From: Camelus dromedarius
Taxonomy: Eukaryota
Length of the DNA: 64,000 nucleotides
Direction of reading: 5' to 3'
NCBI RefSeq assembly: GCF_036321535.1
Contig: NC_087437.1
Span: 16,494,001 to 16,558,000, forward strand
Shown here: in pieces, positions 60,972-64,000 of the stretch
Position numbering within the stretch: position 1 is the stretch's first letter
Layout of the letters: every line of letters begins with the position of its first letter
Position numbers and translations under genes: made by a program
The notes under the pieces: generated by a model
Told to the model about the DNA's origin: nothing
The model's database searches: none
What the model saw: only the letters and a program-made list of their open reading frames with translations

Positions 60972-61435
60972 TACTATTCAGCCATAAAAAAGAATGAAAT
61001 AATGTTATCTGCTGCGCCAACATGGATGGACCTAGAGATTATCATACTGAGAAAAGTAAGTCAGACAGAGAAAGACAAATATCATATATCACTTATATGT
61101 GGAATCTGAAAAAAAATGATACAAATTCTATTTACAAACCAACAAAATACTCAAGGACATAGAAAACAAACTATAATTACCAAAGGGGAAAGGGCAGGGA
61201 GGGATAAATTAGAGGGTGAGGATTAACAGACACACATTACTATATATAAAATAGATAAACAACCAGGACCTACTGTATAGCACAGGGAGCTATATTCAAT
61301 TTCTTGTAATAATAAAAGAAAAGAATCTGAAAAGAAAAAAATATATGTGTATGTATATGTATAACTGAATCGCTTTGCTGTTCACCTGGAACTAACATTG
61401 TAAATCAAGTACTCAACAATTGAAAAAAAAAAAAA
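60972..61435 (+). mobile_element. Young L1 3' end
   Basis: tactattcagccataaaaaagaatgaaataatg...poly-A; TSD core GTTGCCTGACC (60959-60969, 61437-61447). Confidence 0.9.
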
Positions 61436-62884
61436 GGTTGCCTGACCCTGACAGTACACACTCAGCGCAAAAGTCTCCATGTCCTGATTGACAAAGCCCG
61501 CTTGTCTTTGTTGGGTTTTCTCAACAGATCTGTCCTTCCACCAGCCTCACCTGGGCTCCCATGGGTCCGTGCTTACTGTTATCCCAGCACACACCCTACA
61601 CATCATACCCGTTAGTCACATTTTTGTCCCAATGCTCAAGTGTAAGCTTCTCCAGGACAGGAACTGTGTCTGCTTTGTTCTTGTCTTCTGCACTTACAGA
61701 AGATGTCAGGAATACTCACGGGACAAGGAAGGAACTAGCGGCAACGGAGCCAAGCGATGGTGGAGGAGGCCCGTGTGGATCTGAAGGCAGAAGAGCTGCT
61801 AGTGGAGAGGAAAACATGGGGAAACATTTTCAACCTCTGGAAAAGAAAAGAAGCAGGTTTGCTTCAGAAGTTAGGAGAGATCGTAGAAAGAGGCGAGATG
61901 GGCAATTTGGAAGAGGATGATGTGAATCTGGACAGGGAAATAGAAGTGTGCTGAAGTGAGGAGGAGATAAATGCAGAAAACTGTGCTCCCTTCTTCTGCA
62001 GAAGCCAGAGACACAAAGAGGGAGGTGGGGGGATGGGTGGGGATCAGGTTATCAGGTTCAAGACAGGCTAGAGCAAAGCTTCAGCCCAACTGAGCATCTT
62101 CAAAGTCAGTCATTCCCGTAAGTACAGTTCTGCGTCATGTTCAACCTCATGATTTCCAGCAATGACCCATGAACCATACTTAAAGCAGCAATTATTCTCT
62201 GAGAATAAAGGGCTGGGCAGTTATCCGTCTCTTCCAGCAAACACGTCTCATTTTCCTGATGTACTTTTCCAGGGCTGTGCCTGACAGTGCTTCTGAAGCA
62301 AGTACTCGGGGTGGCCGTGCCCAGCCAGCGGGGGCAGCAGGGGAGAATTAAACTCAGCCAACTGCAGCAGGCAGGGAGTTCCACCACGTTGCCCTGACTA
62401 CTAATGGGCAGAGCTTGGAAGACATAGATGGAGATGGCTGAGGTCAATGGGTAATAAAATCCTAGTTAAAGGCTGGTTTTTCTCTACTTCATTTCTGCTG
62501 ATATAAACACGAGAAAAAAAGAAAAAGAAAATTGGAAGGCAGATTCCCTTAGAGACGTGCCAGGCAGGCACTGCAGAGTCTAAGCATAAGGACCTGGGCT
62601 GAACTGAGGGTCAAACCAGGACATATCAAGAGCCCCAAAGAGCCTGCTCAGAAGTGATGCCCTCAAAACACAAACCAAAGGCATGGGTAAGGAAAGACCA
62701 AGCTTCTTCTGAGCACCTACTGTGTGCAGAGTTTAGCCCTAGGAAGAAGATAGAAACAGAAGCTGTAAGGGACAATATAGACCCTGGCCATTCTGTTCAG
62801 CCTTAAATCTCATCTCTGACATTCACTGCCCAAGGAAACTGGACTCAGATGCCAGATACCAGCCCTGAGGCTGATGTGTGATGG

Positions 62885-63230
62885 AGACATTCCTCACTTC
62901 ACAGGGTTGTTGGGTGATCAAGGAGATGATAAGCATAAAGGAGCTAGCATCGCCCTGGCTTGGGGTAAGCACTGAATGAATGGCAGCCCATAATAATAAC
63001 TGACGTCATGGTGCCCTTACTCGATGCCAGCACCATTCTCAATGCTTTACACACATCTCCTAACAGTCCGACGGGACAGCTACTGCTACATACCCATTTT
63101 ACAAATGAGGAAGCAAGACCCAGAGTCGTTAAGTAACCTCCCCAAGATCACACAGGTGGTAGGTAGTCGAGCCAGGGCTTTGCACCCAGGTCCTCTGGCT
63201 CCAGAACCTGGGCTCTCCAACCACATCAAC
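62885..63230. mobile_element. Two adjacent MIR fragments in opposite orientations
   Basis: cttcacagggttgttg..aaagg agctagca (+), then cccattttacaaatgaggaagcaagacccagag..gttaagtaacctccccaagatcacacag (-). Confidence 0.7.
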
Positions 63231-63259
63231 AATGCAGATGAGTCATCCAAATGGGAGGG

Positions 63260-63480
63260 GCAGAAATATTGACAGACCATTTACATAGCTATACATACGC
63301 ACACACAAATAATAGTTCTGGAAGGAAACGCCATTTAAAAATTGTAACACTGTTTGCTTCTGGGGAAGGGAAAGGCAAAGAAGGGAGAATTTTTACTGTA
63401 TATTTACTGTGGATTTTGAACCACGGGAAGGCAGTGCCTGTTTTTAAAAATGAATAAATTAAATTAAAATTTAAAAATAG
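63260..63480 (+). mobile_element. L1ME-like 3' terminus
   Basis: tctggaaggaaac..gtaacactgtttgcttctgggga..ttttactgtatat..ttttgaacca..aataaa. Confidence 0.55.
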
Positions 63481-63764
63481 AGGAGCAGGGCAGGAGAAGC
63501 CACTTTCAATATGTTTATTTCAAGCATTCGCTGAATGTGAAGGACCGGCCGCCTGCTCACTAGTCCCTGACGTGACCGTGGAGGGGCGGGCCCATGGACG
63601 GGTGTTGAATGTGAACACATGTGAGTTTAAGGTGCTTCACAGGCCCAGAGGAGGATGGCAGAGATTCTGTACATAGAGAAGAAGTGCGGGAGGCTTCACA
63701 GAGGAGGGATTTCTGAGCTGAGATCTTTCTAGAACCCATGGCGTTGAGTCAAGTCATACATAAA

Positions 63765-63965
63765 ACAATAATGGCACATGTGATGAGCCCTTACTGCCAG
63801 GCACTGTGCTAGGCCCTCCATACAGATGAGCCAACTGAATTCAACATCCTCATGAGGTGGGAACCATTATCATCGTCCCCCTTTCATTTCCAGACGCAGA
63901 ATTGAGGTTTAAAGAGGTCGAGTAACTGCCCAAGGGCACAGAGCCGGATGATACAGCTGGGAGGT
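63765..63965 (-). mobile_element. MIR SINE
   Basis: gagcccttactgccaggcactgtgctagg..tgaggtgggaaccattatcatc..ttgaggtttaaagagg..gtaactgcccaagggcacagagc. Confidence 0.75.
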
Positions 63966-64000
63966 GAAGACAGCCTTCACCAGAAGCCACTGCCCCCTGT

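Overview
Mammalian nuclear DNA, very probably from a camelid (camel, alpaca or llama). The assignment rests on four tRNA-Ala-derived SINEs resembling the camelid Vic-1 family and on young L1 3' ends of a laurasiatherian type. I recognise no protein-coding exon, processed pseudogene, rRNA or genuine tRNA, and the ORF-track entries are chance ORFs or retroelement remnants. The window reads as intergenic or deep-intronic sequence, roughly half of it transposon fossils: L1, L2, MIR, CR1/L3, MaLR/ERVL/ERV1 LTRs, hAT DNA transposons and microsatellites. Between them are unique-looking islands rich in transcription-factor motifs, resembling a developmental regulatory landscape. The best leads are: (1) a CpG-island-like patch inside an ancient AT-rich L1 at ~19.2-19.5 kb; (2) eight GATA sites in ~450 bp at 16.9-17.4 kb; (3) a perfect DUX motif in a full-length MLT1E LTR; (4) a MER41-like solo LTR with a STAT-type site; (5) an octamer/compressed SOX-OCT cluster at 50.7 kb; (6) a readable CR1 reverse-transcriptase fossil; (7) a closely spaced inverted SINE pair. 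I found no novel multi-gene system. Repeat family names come from my recall of consensus sequences, not from a database search. Boundaries without a stated TSD are approximate (tens of bp).
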